Positions 31,915-44,240 are shown, numbered from the stretch's first letter. The stretch is DNA of 64,000 nt from Peptococcaceae bacterium UBA5318 (GCA_002408285.1 DHRG01000062.1:19921-83920), one strand, 5' to 3'. Made by a program: numbers and translations. Notes: generated by a model not told the origin, from the sequence alone.

Positions 31915-32832
31915 ATGGACCGGATAGGGCTTAAAGCATTTGCCAAAATAAATTTAACTTTGGATGTACTGGGGAAAAGAGCAGACGGATACCATGAGGT
32001 TGCGATGATCATGCAGGGAATTGATCTGCATGATACGGTTTGGATAGAAAAAAGGGCTGACCGCGGCGTCGTATTAACTTGTGATCATCCCGATCTGGCA
32101 GCAGACTCCACAAATTTAGTTTACAGGGCGGCGGAGCTTATACTCAGCCGTTTTCCGCGAATTTGCGGGGCGGCGCTGCATTTATACAAGCGAATACCCA
32201 TTGCTGCGGGTTTGGGCGGCGGAAGCTCGGATGCGGCGGCGGTTCTGTTGGGGATGAACGCTCTTTTTGGTCTGAAAATATCTTGGGAAACCTTATTGGA
32301 TTATGCTGCGCAACTCGGTTCGGACGTACCGTTTTGTTTAAAACCAATGATCTCTTTGGCAACTGGCAGGGGTGAAATTATTCAGGAACTATCCTGCGGC
32401 CCCTCCTTATGGATCCTACTGGCAAAACCACCTTTTACAATTTCCACCCCGAAAATATACAACCATTTGCATAAAGTTACTGTCGCAACCAGACCTTGCC
32501 TGGATGAGGCGCTGTACGCCCTAGAAAAAAAAGACAATGCGTTGTTATATGGCGCCATGGCTAATGTATTGGAGTTTCCGGCCTTTGATTTATATCCCGA
32601 TTTACAAAAATGGGCCGGGGAAATAGAAGGTCTGGGTGCTGATAAGGTGATGATGTCCGGTAGCGGGCCGACCCTGATGGGGTTTTTTAAAAAGGAGGAG
32701 GACGCCAAAAAAGCGGCGCTACTATGGAACAGGCCGTCTTGGAATGTTTTTATCACCCGTACCATCGGGCTGAGGGATATAGATGGGAGGATGATGGAGG
32801 ATGGACAGCAAGGAGCATTCTATTCCGGCTAA
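31915..32832 (+). CDS. ispE: 4-diphosphocytidyl-2-C-methyl-D-erythritol kinase
   Basis: AFAKINLTLDV, KRIPIAAGLGGGSSDAAA, LGSDVPF, MSGSGPT. Confidence 0.97.
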   Translation: MDRIGLKAFAKINLTLDVLGKRADGYHEVAMIMQGIDLHDTVWIEKRADRGVVLTCDHPDLAADSTNLVYRAAELILSRFPRICGAALHLYKRIPIAAGLGGGSSDAAAVLLGMNALFGLKISWETLLDYAAQLGSDVPFCLKPMISLATGRGEIIQELSCGPSLWILLAKPPFTISTPKIYNHLHKVTVATRPCLDEALYALEKKDNALLYGAMANVLEFPAFDLYPDLQKWAGEIEGLGADKVMMSGSGPTLMGFFKKEEDAKKAALLWNRPSWNVFITRTIGLRDIDGRMMEDGQQGAFYSG

Positions 32833-33481
32833 TAATACTGACTATAAACCGTTGCGGGATATAATATATGAATCTATACGGGATGCTATCATCAAGGAAA
32901 AATATAAACCCGGCGACCGGATCTTGGAGAACCGGTTAGCCCAGGAAATAGGGGTCAGCCGTACCCCGGTCAGGGAAGCGATCCATAAGCTGATTCTGGA
33001 GGGCTATGCTACTGTAACACCCCGCAGGGGTATCCAGATCGCCAGGATCTCCCTGGATGAAATAGATGAGGTGTACGAAATTCGGGCTGCCTTGGAGGCT
33101 TTGGCGGCTGGTTTAGCTGCGGAAAAAGCGACCCGTGAACAAATTGAGGCCATGAAAGATTATCTTTGCCGGGAGAACCCGGCGGGGGGTTCTGAAGATG
33201 CCGTTTTCACCCTTCGCGGGGACTTAGAAATTCACGACCTTATTTACCGGTCAACGGGGAATCAAAGGCTGCGCAGTATGCTATTGAATTTATGGCATCA
33301 GTCTTACCGCTGGCGGGTGGCTCCAACTTACGCGCCGGAAAACACCGGGAATAGCCTGAACAGTCACCGGAAAATAATAGAAAGCATTATTAAGGGTGAT
33401 ATATTAACAGCCCGGCAAGCAGCCCTTGCGCATGTGGAGTTTGCTCAGCAAAACCTTACTAACTACTTGACCGCAAGATAA
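32801..33481 (+). CDS. GntR-family (FCD) regulator
   Basis: PGDRILENRLAQEIGVSRTPVREA. Confidence 0.93.
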   Translation: MDSKEHSIPANNTDYKPLRDIIYESIRDAIIKEKYKPGDRILENRLAQEIGVSRTPVREAIHKLILEGYATVTPRRGIQIARISLDEIDEVYEIRAALEALAAGLAAEKATREQIEAMKDYLCRENPAGGSEDAVFTLRGDLEIHDLIYRSTGNQRLRSMLLNLWHQSYRWRVAPTYAPENTGNSLNSHRKIIESIIKGDILTARQAALAHVEFAQQNLTNYLTAR

Positions 33482-33500
33482 ATTGAAAGGAGTCTTTTCC

Positions 33501-34262
33501 ATGTTTTCAGCCATAGTCCTTGGAGGAGGATGTAAAGGGGGGCTGATCGATGGACAGGGAGACCGCGTCGTATCGGAGCCTTTCATCCGTGTAGGGCGCC
33601 GGTATATGATCGAATATGTGGTGGAAGCGCTCAGGGATTCGGAATATATCCGTGAAATCATCATTGCCGGACCCGTGGAGGAGCTGGAGAAGATATATAA
33701 AGGGGTCCCGGAAATCTCTCTGGCCGCCGGCGGCGATACCGCGATCAGGAGCTTCCTTAACGCTTTTGGGTTGGTACGGGGCGATCCTGATAAAATCCTG
33801 ATAGTCACCGGCGATATACCTCTTTTGACAAAACAGGCTGTCAACGACTTTATTGAGAGCTGTTTAAGGCAGGAAGGGGATCTGTTTTACCCCATCGTCA
33901 AAAAGGAAACAAATGAAAGCCGCTATCCCGGTGCGCAAAGAACCTACGTTACCTTGAAAGAAGGGGCCTTTACCGGGGGAAACGTATTGATGGTCAACTC
34001 CCGGGTTATTCAAAAATGCATTCCTGTGGCGGAGCGTTTGGTTTATCTGCGGAAAAAGCCTTTACGGTTAGCGTCCTTCCTGGGCTGGGATCTTTTAATG
34101 CGCTATTTGCTGGGAATACTGTCTGTACATGATGCTGAAAAACGTGTTTCTGATTTATTAGGCGTGCGGGGATATGGAATTATCTCGCCCTATCCTGAGA
34201 TTGGAATCGACGTGGATAAAAAGAGCGATCTTACGCTGGTAACAAAAGCTCTAAGCATGTAG
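33501..34262 (+). CDS. Nucleotidyltransferase family protein (MobA-like)
   Basis: AIVLGGG, MIEYVVEAL, TGDIPLL, FTGGN, IGIDVDK. Confidence 0.85.
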   Translation: MFSAIVLGGGCKGGLIDGQGDRVVSEPFIRVGRRYMIEYVVEALRDSEYIREIIIAGPVEELEKIYKGVPEISLAAGGDTAIRSFLNAFGLVRGDPDKILIVTGDIPLLTKQAVNDFIESCLRQEGDLFYPIVKKETNESRYPGAQRTYVTLKEGAFTGGNVLMVNSRVIQKCIPVAERLVYLRKKPLRLASFLGWDLLMRYLLGILSVHDAEKRVSDLLGVRGYGIISPYPEIGIDVDKKSDLTLVTKALSM

Positions 34263-34281
34263 GGGGGGAACCCTCTTTTTC

Positions 34282-34308
34282 TTTATCACTGAATGAAGTT
34301 TCGTTCGA
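34282..34308 (+). mobile_element. Collapsed remnant (both ends) of the miniature palindromic element
   Basis: TTTATCAC + TGAATGAAGTTTCGTTCGA match the two termini of the 45211-45345 element read on the minus strand. Confidence 0.55.
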
Positions 34309-34407
34309 CCGGGATGGATACTACTGGAAAAACATGAATATATAAGGTAGAATAAGAGTTAAATATTCGTGATATTTTTGATTCTGGCCGAAACGGAGGG
34401 CTATTTC

Positions 34408-35220
34408 GTGGAAAAACGGCGTAGAAGTGAACGAATCCCCATTATAACAAAATATCTTTTAGAAAACCCCAATACGCTTATCTCGCTAAATTATTTTACC
34501 GATTTTTTCAAATCGGCCAAATCAAGTATCAGTGAAGACGTCAGTATGATCCGGGATGTTTTCGGGGAGTTTGGTTGTGGGCGGATCGAAACCATTTCCG
34601 GATCTGGCGGAGGGGTTATCTACGTCCCCCTGGTGCGGGGACAGGATAAAACAGAGTTTTTGGACCGATTGGCGCTTAAACTCAGCGATCCGGGCCGGAT
34701 CCTGCCCGGCGGTTTTTTGTATATGACAGATCTTGTTTTTGATGCCCAGGTTGCGCAAAAGGTAGGGGAGATTTTTGCCCAGTATTTTGTGGACAAAGCC
34801 CCCCAGTATGTTGTTACGATAGAAACAAAGGGCATTCCTCTGGCTTTGATGACGGCCAAGGCCCTCAATCTGCCTTTGGTCATCGTGCGGGACGGGGGAA
34901 GATTTACCGAAGGGTCTTCAGTGAGTGTAAATTATATTTCCGGTTCTTCGCGGAATATCCGGACCATGTCGTTGACCCGCCGGGCTCTGCCGCTGGACAG
35001 CCGCGTCATTATTGTGGATGATTTTATGAAAGCAGGCGGTACGGCGAAAGGGATGATTGATTTATTATGGGAATTCAAAGCCCAGGTATTGGGAATCGGA
35101 ATTCTGGTCGACACCGACTATCCAAAACAGAAACTCGTTAATAATTACTATTCGTTATTGAAGCTCATCAAAGTGGACGAACAGGCAAAAAAAATCCAGA
35201 TCAAACCGGTTGTAACCTGA
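34408..35220 (+). CDS. purR: Pur operon repressor
   Basis: RRSER, SAKSSISED, RILPGGFLYMTD, VDDFMKAGGT. Confidence 0.96.
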   Translation: MEKRRRSERIPIITKYLLENPNTLISLNYFTDFFKSAKSSISEDVSMIRDVFGEFGCGRIETISGSGGGVIYVPLVRGQDKTEFLDRLALKLSDPGRILPGGFLYMTDLVFDAQVAQKVGEIFAQYFVDKAPQYVVTIETKGIPLALMTAKALNLPLVIVRDGGRFTEGSSVSVNYISGSSRNIRTMSLTRRALPLDSRVIIVDDFMKAGGTAKGMIDLLWEFKAQVLGIGILVDTDYPKQKLVNNYYSLLKLIKVDEQAKKIQIKPVVT

Positions 35221-35283
35221 AAAGTGAGATAGATTAGAGTTCTGTATAAAATATCTAAAAAATGGGAAATTTCTTATTGAGAA

Positions 35284-35310
35284 GAAGGAATATCCAAAAA
35301 TACGACGAAT
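35284..35310 (+). promoter_or_regulatory. Sigma-H-type promoter of spoVG
   Basis: GAAGGAATA-N11-GACGAAT. Confidence 0.7.
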
Positions 35311-35351
35311 AGGACATATTAACCAGTGTGTTTTGGGAAGGTGGTGAGTTT

Positions 35352-35606
35352 ATGAATATTACAGATGTTCGGATTAGAAAAATCAATCAGGAAGGTAGAA
35401 TGAAAGCAATTGTATCAGTTACTTTTGATAATGCTTTTGTAGTGCATGATGTAAAGGTCGTAGAAGGTACGAATGGTTTATTTGTGGCGATGCCCAGCAG
35501 GAAGACTCCGGAAGGAGAATTCAGGGATATTGCTCATCCTATCTCGGCCAATGCCCGGGAGGTAATCCAATCGGCTGTTCTCAAAGCTTATCAGGAAGCG
35601 ATTTAG
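35352..35606 (+). CDS. spoVG: Septation regulator SpoVG
   Basis: MNITDVRIR...FVVHDVKV...FVAMPSRK...FRDIAHPI. Confidence 0.98.
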   Translation: MNITDVRIRKINQEGRMKAIVSVTFDNAFVVHDVKVVEGTNGLFVAMPSRKTPEGEFRDIAHPISANAREVIQSAVLKAYQEAI

Positions 35607-35749
35607 GCGATTTGATAATAAATAGCGATATGTGGAACTAGGAGCTCATCTGGAAAAGCTCCTTTTTTTTATGAAGTGAATAATGGCTTAGAGGGTAAAA
35701 TTGTGATATAAATAATATGATATCAATTGGACGCAAGGAGGGGGCAAAA

Positions 35750-37126
35750 TTGGGGCATACAACAGCGGTCGTTTTGGCCGCCGGTCTGGGTACGAGAATG
35801 AAATCCAATCTTCCGAAGGTTTTACATAAAGTATGCGGAGTACCGATGATACAGCATGTTATCCGCTCCTTACGTGAAGCTAAGGCGGATAAAATAATCG
35901 TAGTATTGGGATACCGGGGGGAACTGGTAGAAGGTATTTTAGGATCCGACTGCGAAGTGGTCTATCAGCATGAGCAATTAGGGACAGGACATGCCTTGCT
36001 GCAAGCGTTGCCTAAACTAACCGACCGGGAAAACGGGGATTGCCTGGTCGTCTGTGGGGATACTCCCTTGTTAACAGGCCGGACATTGGCGCAATTAAGA
36101 AACAGGCGCCGGGAAACGGGCGCTTTTGCTACAGTTTTGACTGCCCGGGCGGCAGACCCTGCTGGTTATGGAAGGATCATCAAAAATGCTCAGGGTATTG
36201 AAAAAATTATAGAAGAAAAGGATGCTACAGAACAGGAGAAGCGTATTACGGAGATCAACACCGGAACTTATTGCTTTTGTCTCGACGCTCTGAAAGGGAA
36301 ATTAGCTCTTCTTACTCCCGCCAATGCCCAGGGAGAGTATTATCTGACCGACGTCGTCCGTTTGTTGGCGGAGGATGGGAAAAAGGTGGATTCTTATGTC
36401 CTTAAAGACCCTGAGGAAGCCATGGGGGTAAACAACCGTATCCAGTTGTCGGAAGCGGAATCCCATATGCGGCGCCGGATTGCCGGGTATCATATGCAAG
36501 AGGGCGTAACGATCATTGATCCCGGTCATACGTATATTGAGGGAACGGTTAAAATCGGACGGGATACCGTAATATATCCGGGTGTGATTCTGGAGGGAAA
36601 TACGGAGATCGGCGAGAACTGCAGTATTGGTCCCTATACAAGGATCTATAACACACATGTAGCGGACGAGGTGGTCATAAATCAATCTACTTTGCTGGAA
36701 TCCCAGGTAGGCAGGGAGTGCCGGATCGGCCCCTTTAGTTATCTGCGCCCCGGCACGGTGCTGGCGGAGAAGGTAAAAGTAGGGGACTTTGTCGAGGTCA
36801 AAAAATCTTTTGTAGGGGCAGGATCAAAGCTCCCCCATCTAAGTTACGTCGGGGACAGCACACTGGGAAAGGATGTGAATATAGGGGCCGGGACCATCAC
36901 CTGCAATTATGACGGGAGCGCCAAACATCCCACCGTCATCGGGGACGGGGCTTTTGTCGGGAGTAATACCAATCTGGTGGCCCCTATCACGGTGGGAGCC
37001 GGAGCCTATATCGGGGCAGGTTCCACTGTGGACGGTGATATTCCCCCAGGCGCTCTAGCCATTGCCCGGGGGCGGCAACGAAATATTGAAAATTGGAAGA
37101 GTAAAAAAAAGGGGGAGGATTTATGA
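35750..37126 (+). CDS. glmU: Bifunctional UDP-GlcNAc pyrophosphorylase / glucosamine-1-P acetyltransferase
   Basis: [24 protein letters not shown], hexapeptide repeats, TCNYDG. Confidence 0.98.
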   Translation: MGHTTAVVLAAGLGTRMKSNLPKVLHKVCGVPMIQHVIRSLREAKADKIIVVLGYRGELVEGILGSDCEVVYQHEQLGTGHALLQALPKLTDRENGDCLVVCGDTPLLTGRTLAQLRNRRRETGAFATVLTARAADPAGYGRIIKNAQGIEKIIEEKDATEQEKRITEINTGTYCFCLDALKGKLALLTPANAQGEYYLTDVVRLLAEDGKKVDSYVLKDPEEAMGVNNRIQLSEAESHMRRRIAGYHMQEGVTIIDPGHTYIEGTVKIGRDTVIYPGVILEGNTEIGENCSIGPYTRIYNTHVADEVVINQSTLLESQVGRECRIGPFSYLRPGTVLAEKVKVGDFVEVKKSFVGAGSKLPHLSYVGDSTLGKDVNIGAGTITCNYDGSAKHPTVIGDGAFVGSNTNLVAPITVGAGAYIGAGSTVDGDIPPGALAIARGRQRNIENWKSKKKGEDL

Positions 37127-38073
37127 TGTCCAGCTACAAAAACATCAAAATATTTACAGGGAACGCTCATCCCGAATTGGCCGCGGAGATTTCGGAATAT
37201 CTGGGGATAGAAGTGAGCGCCGCTTCCGTGAAGAAATTTTCGGATGGTGAAATCAATGTTTTTATTGAGGAAAGCGTCAGGGGAGCGGATACTTATGTTA
37301 TCCAGCCTACGTGTACGCCGGTAAATGACAATATTATGGAGCTTTTGATCCTGATGGACGCCCTGCGGAGGGCTTCCGCCCGAAGGATCACAGCGGTGCT
37401 GCCTTATTACGGTTATGCGCGTCAGGACCGTAAGGCCAAAGCCCGCGAGCCCATCACCGCGAAATTGTTAGCGAATCTGATCACGACGGCGGGGGCCAGA
37501 CGCGTACTCGCGGTTGACCTTCATGCCGGACAGATCCAGGGATTCTTTGATATTCCGGTCGATCACCTCCAGGGCGTTCCGATCCTGGCGGAATATTTTT
37601 TGAACAAAGGAGCCGAGGACATTGTAGTCGTTTCCCCTGATTTAGGCGGCGTTACCCGGGCCAGGATCTTATCAGGCCGGCTGCACGCTCCGCTGGCTAT
37701 TATAGATAAACGCCGTCCCAAGCCGAACGTGGCCGAGATCATGCATATTATCGGGGATGTCAAAGGGAAAAAGGTCGTCATGGTCGATGATATCATTGAC
37801 ACGGCGGGGACTATCACCCTGGGGGCTCAGGCGCTTATAGATAACGGGGCCAAAGAAGTGTACGCCTGCTGCACGCACCCCGTGTTATCGGGAGTGGCTA
37901 TTGAACGGCTGCAGAAATCAGCCATCAAGGAGCTGATCGTCACCAACACCATTCCCTTGTCGCCGGAAAAGAAGCTTGATAAAATCAAGGTGCTCTCCAT
38001 TGCTCCGCTGCTGGGCGAGGCTATTATCCGGATCCATGAGGATCTATCGGTCAGTAAATTGTTCGATCAATGA
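37123..38073 (+). CDS. prs: Ribose-phosphate pyrophosphokinase
   Basis: [34 protein letters not shown]. Confidence 0.98.
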   Translation: MMSSYKNIKIFTGNAHPELAAEISEYLGIEVSAASVKKFSDGEINVFIEESVRGADTYVIQPTCTPVNDNIMELLILMDALRRASARRITAVLPYYGYARQDRKAKAREPITAKLLANLITTAGARRVLAVDLHAGQIQGFFDIPVDHLQGVPILAEYFLNKGAEDIVVVSPDLGGVTRARILSGRLHAPLAIIDKRRPKPNVAEIMHIIGDVKGKKVVMVDDIIDTAGTITLGAQALIDNGAKEVYACCTHPVLSGVAIERLQKSAIKELIVTNTIPLSPEKKLDKIKVLSIAPLLGEAIIRIHEDLSVSKLFDQ

Positions 38074-38160
38074 AGTTTCGTTCAATAAAGCGTTTTTGTC
38101 TATCCCGGCCCGCCTGCGGACATACTAGAAATAAAATGTTCTTAAAAGGCGGAGGGAAAA

Positions 38161-38769
38161 ATGACCAAAAGAATCCTTACTGTGAATAGCCGCCCCCTTT
38201 CTACGAAGCATTCCGTTAAGGCGATGCGGAAAGAGGGGATGGTTCCGGGAGTTTTATATGGGAAGAAAATTGGCAGTATTCCGGTAGCTGTTTTAGAAAA
38301 AGATTTACGCAAGGTAAGCGGAGCGCACCTGCTGGAAATTGTGTTGCCGCAAGCCTCTTACCCGGCGGTAATCAGGGAGATCCAAAAGGACTCTCTCAAC
38401 GGGGCCTTGCGGCATGTCGATTTTCAACAAGTGGATTTGACTGAGAAGATGAAGGCCGACGTTGCCGTCCATCTGACGGGGACGCCCTTGGGAGAAAAGG
38501 CGGGAGGTATCCTGCAGCCGGGGGAACGGTCAATCGGGTTGGAAGCGCTTCCCGCAGAAATGCCGGGTTTTGTGGAGGCCGACGTTACAAATTTAGAGAT
38601 CGGCGATTCGTTTACAGCCGCCGATTTACAGAAAGCGCTTCCTTATAAAATTTTGAGCGACCTGCAAACGGTCTTAGCCAGGGTCGTTCCGCCTGCTGCC
38701 GACTTACAACCAGAAGAAATCATAAACACGGAAGACAAGCCGGAGGAAAACGATGTTCCGGTAAAGTAA
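38161..38769 (+). CDS. rplY: 50S ribosomal protein L25/Ctc
   Basis: MRKEGMVPGVLYG, REIQKD...HVDF; between prs and pth. Confidence 0.93.
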   Translation: MTKRILTVNSRPLSTKHSVKAMRKEGMVPGVLYGKKIGSIPVAVLEKDLRKVSGAHLLEIVLPQASYPAVIREIQKDSLNGALRHVDFQQVDLTEKMKADVAVHLTGTPLGEKAGGILQPGERSIGLEALPAEMPGFVEADVTNLEIGDSFTAADLQKALPYKILSDLQTVLARVVPPAADLQPEEIINTEDKPEENDVPVK

Positions 38770-38813
38770 AGGCACATTTGCCGAATCGACCTGTATTGCG
38801 TGGGGGAGAATAG

Positions 38814-39419
38814 ATGAAACTCATGATAGGTTTAGGAAATCCGGGCCGTAGATATGAAAAGACCCGGCATAATATCGGGTTTATGGTACTCGACGCGCTG
38901 GCCGAAGAGCTTGGTTGTCCGCTCGCCAAAAAGCAAAACGCGTCTTGTACCGGCCAGGGCTTTATTTCCGGACAGAAAATATTGCTGGCTAAACCGCAGA
39001 CATTTATGAACAACAGCGGGGAGGCGGTTATGGAGTTGCTGCATTATTACCGGGATGGGATAGATGATTTTATTGTCATTCATGATGATCTGGATTTGGA
39101 ATTTGGAAAGATCCGTTTTAAGGCAGGCGGCGGAACAGGCGGGCATAATGGTTTGAAATCCATCAGTCATTTTCTGAATTCTCCGGATTACGACCGGTTG
39201 AAAGTCGGTATCGGCCGCCCGCCAGGTTTAGTCAAGGCTGAAAGCTATGTATTGAGTGAATTTTTGCCTACTGAAGAACCCCTGCTGCCAAAAATCATTA
39301 CCGCCGCTATAGACGGCTTGAAGTTATGGAGCAGGGAGGGGGTCCGTCAGGCTATGAATGACAGCAACGGCTTGCGTTTTTGCATAGAGGACGGGGGAAC
39401 AGAGAATACTAGCGGATAG
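38814..39419 (+). CDS. pth: Peptidyl-tRNA hydrolase
   Basis: GLGNPG, TRHNIGF, KPQTFMNNSG, HDDLD, GGHNGLKS. Confidence 0.98.
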   Translation: MKLMIGLGNPGRRYEKTRHNIGFMVLDALAEELGCPLAKKQNASCTGQGFISGQKILLAKPQTFMNNSGEAVMELLHYYRDGIDDFIVIHDDLDLEFGKIRFKAGGGTGGHNGLKSISHFLNSPDYDRLKVGIGRPPGLVKAESYVLSEFLPTEEPLLPKIITAAIDGLKLWSREGVRQAMNDSNGLRFCIEDGGTENTSG

Positions 39420-39568
39420 TCCGGCTTAAATAATTATACGTTGCTGGTCTAATGACGAAGGTATGATATATAATAAGTACTAAGCTAAAGTCGGTTATTG
39501 ATACACGGTAAGAAGTTTACTGTGTGGGGGTTTTGTAACGCCCACTATTTTGACATGGAGGAATAGGG

Positions 39569-42500
39569 ATGGCCCTCAAACCAATAAGACAATATTTACA
39601 CAAGCTCAAGGAATGTAATTTTCTGCTGGAACAGGTTCTTAAAGGGCAGGACAACTTGATCTATGGGGTCACGGGGTCGCAAAAGAGTCTGCTGGCCGCG
39701 CTGATCTTTGGAACACAACCCCAGTCCATTCTCTATATCGTGGAAAATCCCCAAAGGGGCAAAGAAATTTTTGATGATTTAAACAATTTGCTGCAGGGTT
39801 TCTCGGTGCATTATTTTCCCGCTCTGGATCTTCTGCCTTTCGAGGTGATTGCCCAGAGTCACGAAACTCAGCGTAAAAGATTGGAGGTTTTGCAGCATCT
39901 TCTGGATAGTCCGAAAAGTATTGTTGTAACGACCCTGGAAGCGATCAGCCACATCCTGGTTGCGCCGGATGTTTTTCGGCAGGCTGTTTTTACTATCAGG
40001 GCAGGAGAAACACGACAAGTCGAGGGCTTGTTAAAGAACTTGGTTTCCATTGGTTATCAAAGGGTGGAAAGGGTCGAGGATAAGGGACAGGTCGCCTTGC
40101 GCGGCGGAATTTTAGATATTTTTTGTTCAACAGAGGAATACCCGTATCGTTTAGAATTTTTTGATGATGAAATAGATTCCTTGCGCCGGTTTACCGTCGA
40201 AAATCAACGGTCTACGCGCAGTATCCGGGAAGCGTTGATTTCTCCCGCTTCGGAATTCTTTCTCTTGGGCAGGGATAAGGAAACGGCTTTGCGCCAGATA
40301 AAAGAGGAAGCGCAACAGCTCTTAAAGGTCCTCGAAAAAAAAGGCAACCGCGACGGTTATCAGTACTTATTGGCAAAATCCCGTGAAGTGATAGAGAATA
40401 TGCAGGAAGAACAGTACTTTCCGGGATATGAGCAGTATTTGCCGTATTTTTTTCCGGAAAGGTATACGCTGCTGGATTATTTTCAGCGCACGCCCCTGAT
40501 TATTATGGATGAGCCCAATCGTCAGCGGGAAAGCATGGTTTTGCGGGAAAAAGAAACGCTGGAAACCTACAAGGTATTATTTGAAAAAGGCAAGATCCTG
40601 CCCGGCCAGTTTCATAACTATCTGATGGAGGGCGAGCTGTGGGACCGTTTTGCTAAAACGAAGAAAATCTACTACTCTCTTCTTCCCAAAAAACCGTTAG
40701 GCGTGGATAGCCTCAATATTTTGGGGATGGCGGCTAAAACGCCCAGTTTATACATGGGGAAAACAAAGCTCTTGGTGGATGAACTAAAGGAATGGCGCAG
40801 ACAAAAATATGCGGTGTGCATCCTCGTGAATTCCGAAGAACGGGGCCAGCGTCTAAAACAAGGGCTTTGGGATCTGGGGGTTGAGGCTGTTTACGTGAAG
40901 GATGATTTTCAACCTTTGCCGGAACAGGTATATATTACGGAAGGTTATCTGACGGGCGGCTTTGAGTTGACGACCTGGAAGGTTGTTGTGCTGACGGAGC
41001 ATGAAATATTTTATCAGCCCAAAAAAAAGGCTCCGCGGAAAATCTTTCAGGAGGGAAAACGCGTCCCCGCTCTGGAAGACCTGAAAATCGGAGATTATGT
41101 CGTACATATCAATCATGGGGTAGGGCGTTATATCGGTATAGAAAAGCTCTCTGTCGGCGATACGGAGCGGGACTATTTACTAATAAAATATCAGGGTGAA
41201 GATAAATTATACGTCCCTACCGATCAATCCAATTTATTACAAAAATACTCTTATCAGGAGGGTCAGACGCCCAAGCTTTCCAAATTAGGCGGAAATGAAT
41301 GGAATAAAATCAAATCCCGGGTCAAAGCCGCCGTAAAGGATATGGCGGAGGAGCTTTTGGCGTTGTACGCCGCCCGGCAAGCGCAGCCGGGTTACGCTTT
41401 TGCCGCCGATACCCCGTGGCAGGGAGAGTTTGAAGAAGCCTTCCCTTTCGAAGAAACGCCGGACCAATTGCGGACCATTGAAGAGGTGAAGCGCGATATG
41501 GAAAAACCCCGTCCCATGGACCGTTTGCTTTGCGGCGATGTGGGGTACGGGAAAACGGAGGTTGCTATCCGGGCCGCTTTTAAAGCTGTGTCGGATAATA
41601 AACAGGTAGCTGTTTTGGTGCCCACCACCGTTTTAGCCCAGCAGCATTATACGACCTTTCGGGAGAGATTTGAGGGGTTTGCCGTTAAGGTAGATATGAT
41701 GAGCCGTTTCCGTTCTCCCAGAGAGCAGAAAAACACGCTGAAAGAGCTTGATCAAGGAAGGGTCGACGTTATCATCGGCACGCACCGTTTAATATCGAAG
41801 GATGTTGGGTTCAAGGATCTAGGCCTGTTGATTGTCGATGAAGAACAACGTTTTGGGGTCCTTCATAAGGAAAAAATCAAAAAGCTCAAGAAAAACTTAG
41901 ACGTTTTAACGCTGACGGCAACCCCGATCCCGCGGACTTTGCATATGTCGCTGGTAGGGGTCAGAGATATGAGTATCATTGAAACGCCTCCGGAGGACCG
42001 TTACCCTGTGCAGACATTTGTGGTAGAATATAGTGACCAGTTGGTTCGTGAAGCCATCCGGCGGGAACTGGGACGGGGCGGACAGGTCTTTTATGTCCAT
42101 AACCGGGTGGAGGATATTGATAAGGCCGCCGGTTTTCTTCGGGAGCTGGTGCCGGAAGCGCATATTGGGATCGCCCACGGTCAAATGAGCGAAGACCATC
42201 TGGAGAATGTCATGCTGGATTTTATGGAGGCCAGACTGGATATTTTAGTATGTACTACGATCATCGAATCCGGCTTGGATATTTCTAATGTAAATACCCT
42301 CGTCATTGATGAGGCCGATAAGCTGGGGTTGGCCCAGCTATATCAGTTGCGCGGAAGAGTTGGACGTTCCAACCGGGTGGCTTATGCTTATTTAACCTAC
42401 CATAAAAACAAGATTTTGTCCGAAGTGGCGGAGAAGCGTTTAAACGCTATCCGCGAGTTTACCGAACTGGGTTCAGGCTTTAAGATCGCTATGCGGGATT

Positions 42501-43105
42501 TGGAAATACGGGGCAGTGGGAATATTCTCGGATCTGAGCAGCATGGACATGTTGCTGCGGTGGGGTTTGATTTATACTGCCGTATGCTTGAGGAAGCTGT
42601 TAAGGAGGTAAAGGGTGAGAAAATCCCCGCCGAGAAAACCATTACCATTGATATTCAGGTCAAGGCGTTTATTCCTCAGGAATACATCAGCGATAGCGGG
42701 GTGAAGATAGATTTTTATCAAAGGATCAATATGGTAAAAGACAAGAACGAGGTGGAGCAGCTTAGCGAGGAGTTAAGGGACAGATTTGGCGAATTGCCGG
42801 ACGCGCTGACCAATCTTCTCAGGATAGCTTCTGTTAAAGCGTCTGCCGCCAAAGCCAAAATCCAATCCGTTACCCAGGAAAGAGATGTGATTAAAATCAA
42901 GATGGACGAAGATCATGGTTTGACCGGCAGCCAATTGATGGGTCTGGCCAGACGCTATCGCAGGCAGTTGAGTTTTAACACTTCCGCAGGGCTCGATATC
43001 CTGGTAAATATCCGTAATCTCGAGCAAAAACAGATGTTGGTTTTTTTAGAGGAAATTATTATGGAAATATCCTCTATTGCTGATAAGCAACTTGTTTTGA
43101 TATAA
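39569..43105 (+). CDS. mfd: Transcription-repair coupling factor
   Basis: 1178 aa; [41 protein letters not shown] motif RDLEIRG. Confidence 0.98.
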   Translation: MALKPIRQYLHKLKECNFLLEQVLKGQDNLIYGVTGSQKSLLAALIFGTQPQSILYIVENPQRGKEIFDDLNNLLQGFSVHYFPALDLLPFEVIAQSHETQRKRLEVLQHLLDSPKSIVVTTLEAISHILVAPDVFRQAVFTIRAGETRQVEGLLKNLVSIGYQRVERVEDKGQVALRGGILDIFCSTEEYPYRLEFFDDEIDSLRRFTVENQRSTRSIREALISPASEFFLLGRDKETALRQIKEEAQQLLKVLEKKGNRDGYQYLLAKSREVIENMQEEQYFPGYEQYLPYFFPERYTLLDYFQRTPLIIMDEPNRQRESMVLREKETLETYKVLFEKGKILPGQFHNYLMEGELWDRFAKTKKIYYSLLPKKPLGVDSLNILGMAAKTPSLYMGKTKLLVDELKEWRRQKYAVCILVNSEERGQRLKQGLWDLGVEAVYVKDDFQPLPEQVYITEGYLTGGFELTTWKVVVLTEHEIFYQPKKKAPRKIFQEGKRVPALEDLKIGDYVVHINHGVGRYIGIEKLSVGDTERDYLLIKYQGEDKLYVPTDQSNLLQKYSYQEGQTPKLSKLGGNEWNKIKSRVKAAVKDMAEELLALYAARQAQPGYAFAADTPWQGEFEEAFPFEETPDQLRTIEEVKRDMEKPRPMDRLLCGDVGYGKTEVAIRAAFKAVSDNKQVAVLVPTTVLAQQHYTTFRERFEGFAVKVDMMSRFRSPREQKNTLKELDQGRVDVIIGTHRLISKDVGFKDLGLLIVDEEQRFGVLHKEKIKKLKKNLDVLTLTATPIPRTLHMSLVGVRDMSIIETPPEDRYPVQTFVVEYSDQLVREAIRRELGRGGQVFYVHNRVEDIDKAAGFLRELVPEAHIGIAHGQMSEDHLENVMLDFMEARLDILVCTTIIESGLDISNVNTLVIDEADKLGLAQLYQLRGRVGRSNRVAYAYLTYHKNKILSEVAEKRLNAIREFTELGSGFKIAMRDLEIRGSGNILGSEQHGHVAAVGFDLYCRMLEEAVKEVKGEKIPAEKTITIDIQVKAFIPQEYISDSGVKIDFYQRINMVKDKNEVEQLSEELRDRFGELPDALTNLLRIASVKASAAKAKIQSVTQERDVIKIKMDEDHGLTGSQLMGLARRYRRQLSFNTSAGLDILVNIRNLEQKQMLVFLEEIIMEISSIADKQLVLI

Positions 43106-43163
43106 TAAATTAGTCTTGGTCTTTTAGAAAGGGCTTGGTTTATTTAGAAAGAAGGGGAAAAAA

Positions 43164-44240
43164 ATGAAAAAATACCTGCCAATTATTATAATTGCCGCAA
43201 TAATTGTAGCCGCGGTTTCCGCATTTCTCGTTACCGGTTATGGCGAAAAGGTTAGCGCTATAGTGAATGGTGAGAAGATTACCGAAAAAGAATTGGATAC
43301 ACGGGTAGGCCAAATTGCCGCTATGTATGGTTATGATATGACGACACCCGAAGGGCAGCTGACGATGGGATATTTAAGGGGACAAGTTTTACAGAGCCTG
43401 ATTGAAGAAAAATTGATTTTGGCCGACGCCAAAGCCAAAAATATCGAAGTGGATCACGCTAAAGTCGATGAAGAAATGAAGAAAATCAAAAGCAGTTATT
43501 CTTCAGATGAAGAATACCAAGCAGCCTTGAAAGAGCGCAAATTTACGGAAAAGGATTTGAAAACATTTATTGGGAATCAATTGGCGGTCGATCAGCTCAT
43601 TACTGAGGTGACTAAAGACTTGACTGCAACGACCAGGGACATCAAAGGATATTATGAGGAAAACATGGAGGAATTTGTAGTACAGGAAATGATAAAAGCC
43701 CGTAATATTGTGGTAGAAACAGAGGATGAAGCCAAAGCGGTGATAGAACGTTTGGACAAAGGCGAGGATTTTGCCAAACTGGCCGTTGAATTGTCCACTG
43801 ATCCCACCGCTAAAGATAATCAGGGGGAAATAGGCTATTTTGATAAAGACGCTAATTTTATTCAGGAGTTTAAAGACGCCGCTTTTGCTTTGAAGGTGGG
43901 GGAATACACTAAAAAACCCGTTGGCAGTATGTTCGGTTTTCACGTTATTAAGGTGGAGGATAAAAAACCCGCCACGCAGCGTACTTTTGACGAAGTTAAA
44001 GAAGAATTGGCCGCCCGGTTCCTCTCCGAAGAAAAGAACGAGAAATTTTCCGCTTATGTGGATGAGCTGTTGAAAAATGCGAAAATAGAAAACAAATTTG
44101 CTCAGGACGAGGAAGCTGCAGAAGGGGAGCTTTCAGAAGAACCTTCGGAAGAAGAATCTTCTGAAGAAAAAAATCCAGGCGACCCACCCTCGGCGGAAGA
44201 TACTGCAAATAACCAGGAAAACAGCAGTAACGGAGAATAA
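43164..44240 (+). CDS. PrsA/SurA-like parvulin peptidyl-prolyl isomerase
   Basis: N-terminal membrane anchor, AIVNGEKIT, GEDFAKLA...STD...GEIGYF, FGFHVIK, acidic tail. Confidence 0.9.
   Translation: MKKYLPIIIIAAIIVAAVSAFLVTGYGEKVSAIVNGEKITEKELDTRVGQIAAMYGYDMTTPEGQLTMGYLRGQVLQSLIEEKLILADAKAKNIEVDHAKVDEEMKKIKSSYSSDEEYQAALKERKFTEKDLKTFIGNQLAVDQLITEVTKDLTATTRDIKGYYEENMEEFVVQEMIKARNIVVETEDEAKAVIERLDKGEDFAKLAVELSTDPTAKDNQGEIGYFDKDANFIQEFKDAAFALKVGEYTKKPVGSMFGFHVIKVEDKKPATQRTFDEVKEELAARFLSEEKNEKFSAYVDELLKNAKIENKFAQDEEAAEGELSEEPSEEESSEEKNPGDPPSAEDTANNQENSSNGE

Noticed and set aside
44100-44240. Glu/Ser-rich repetitive tail of the PrsA-like protein
   Set aside because: Ordinary low-complexity disordered tail.
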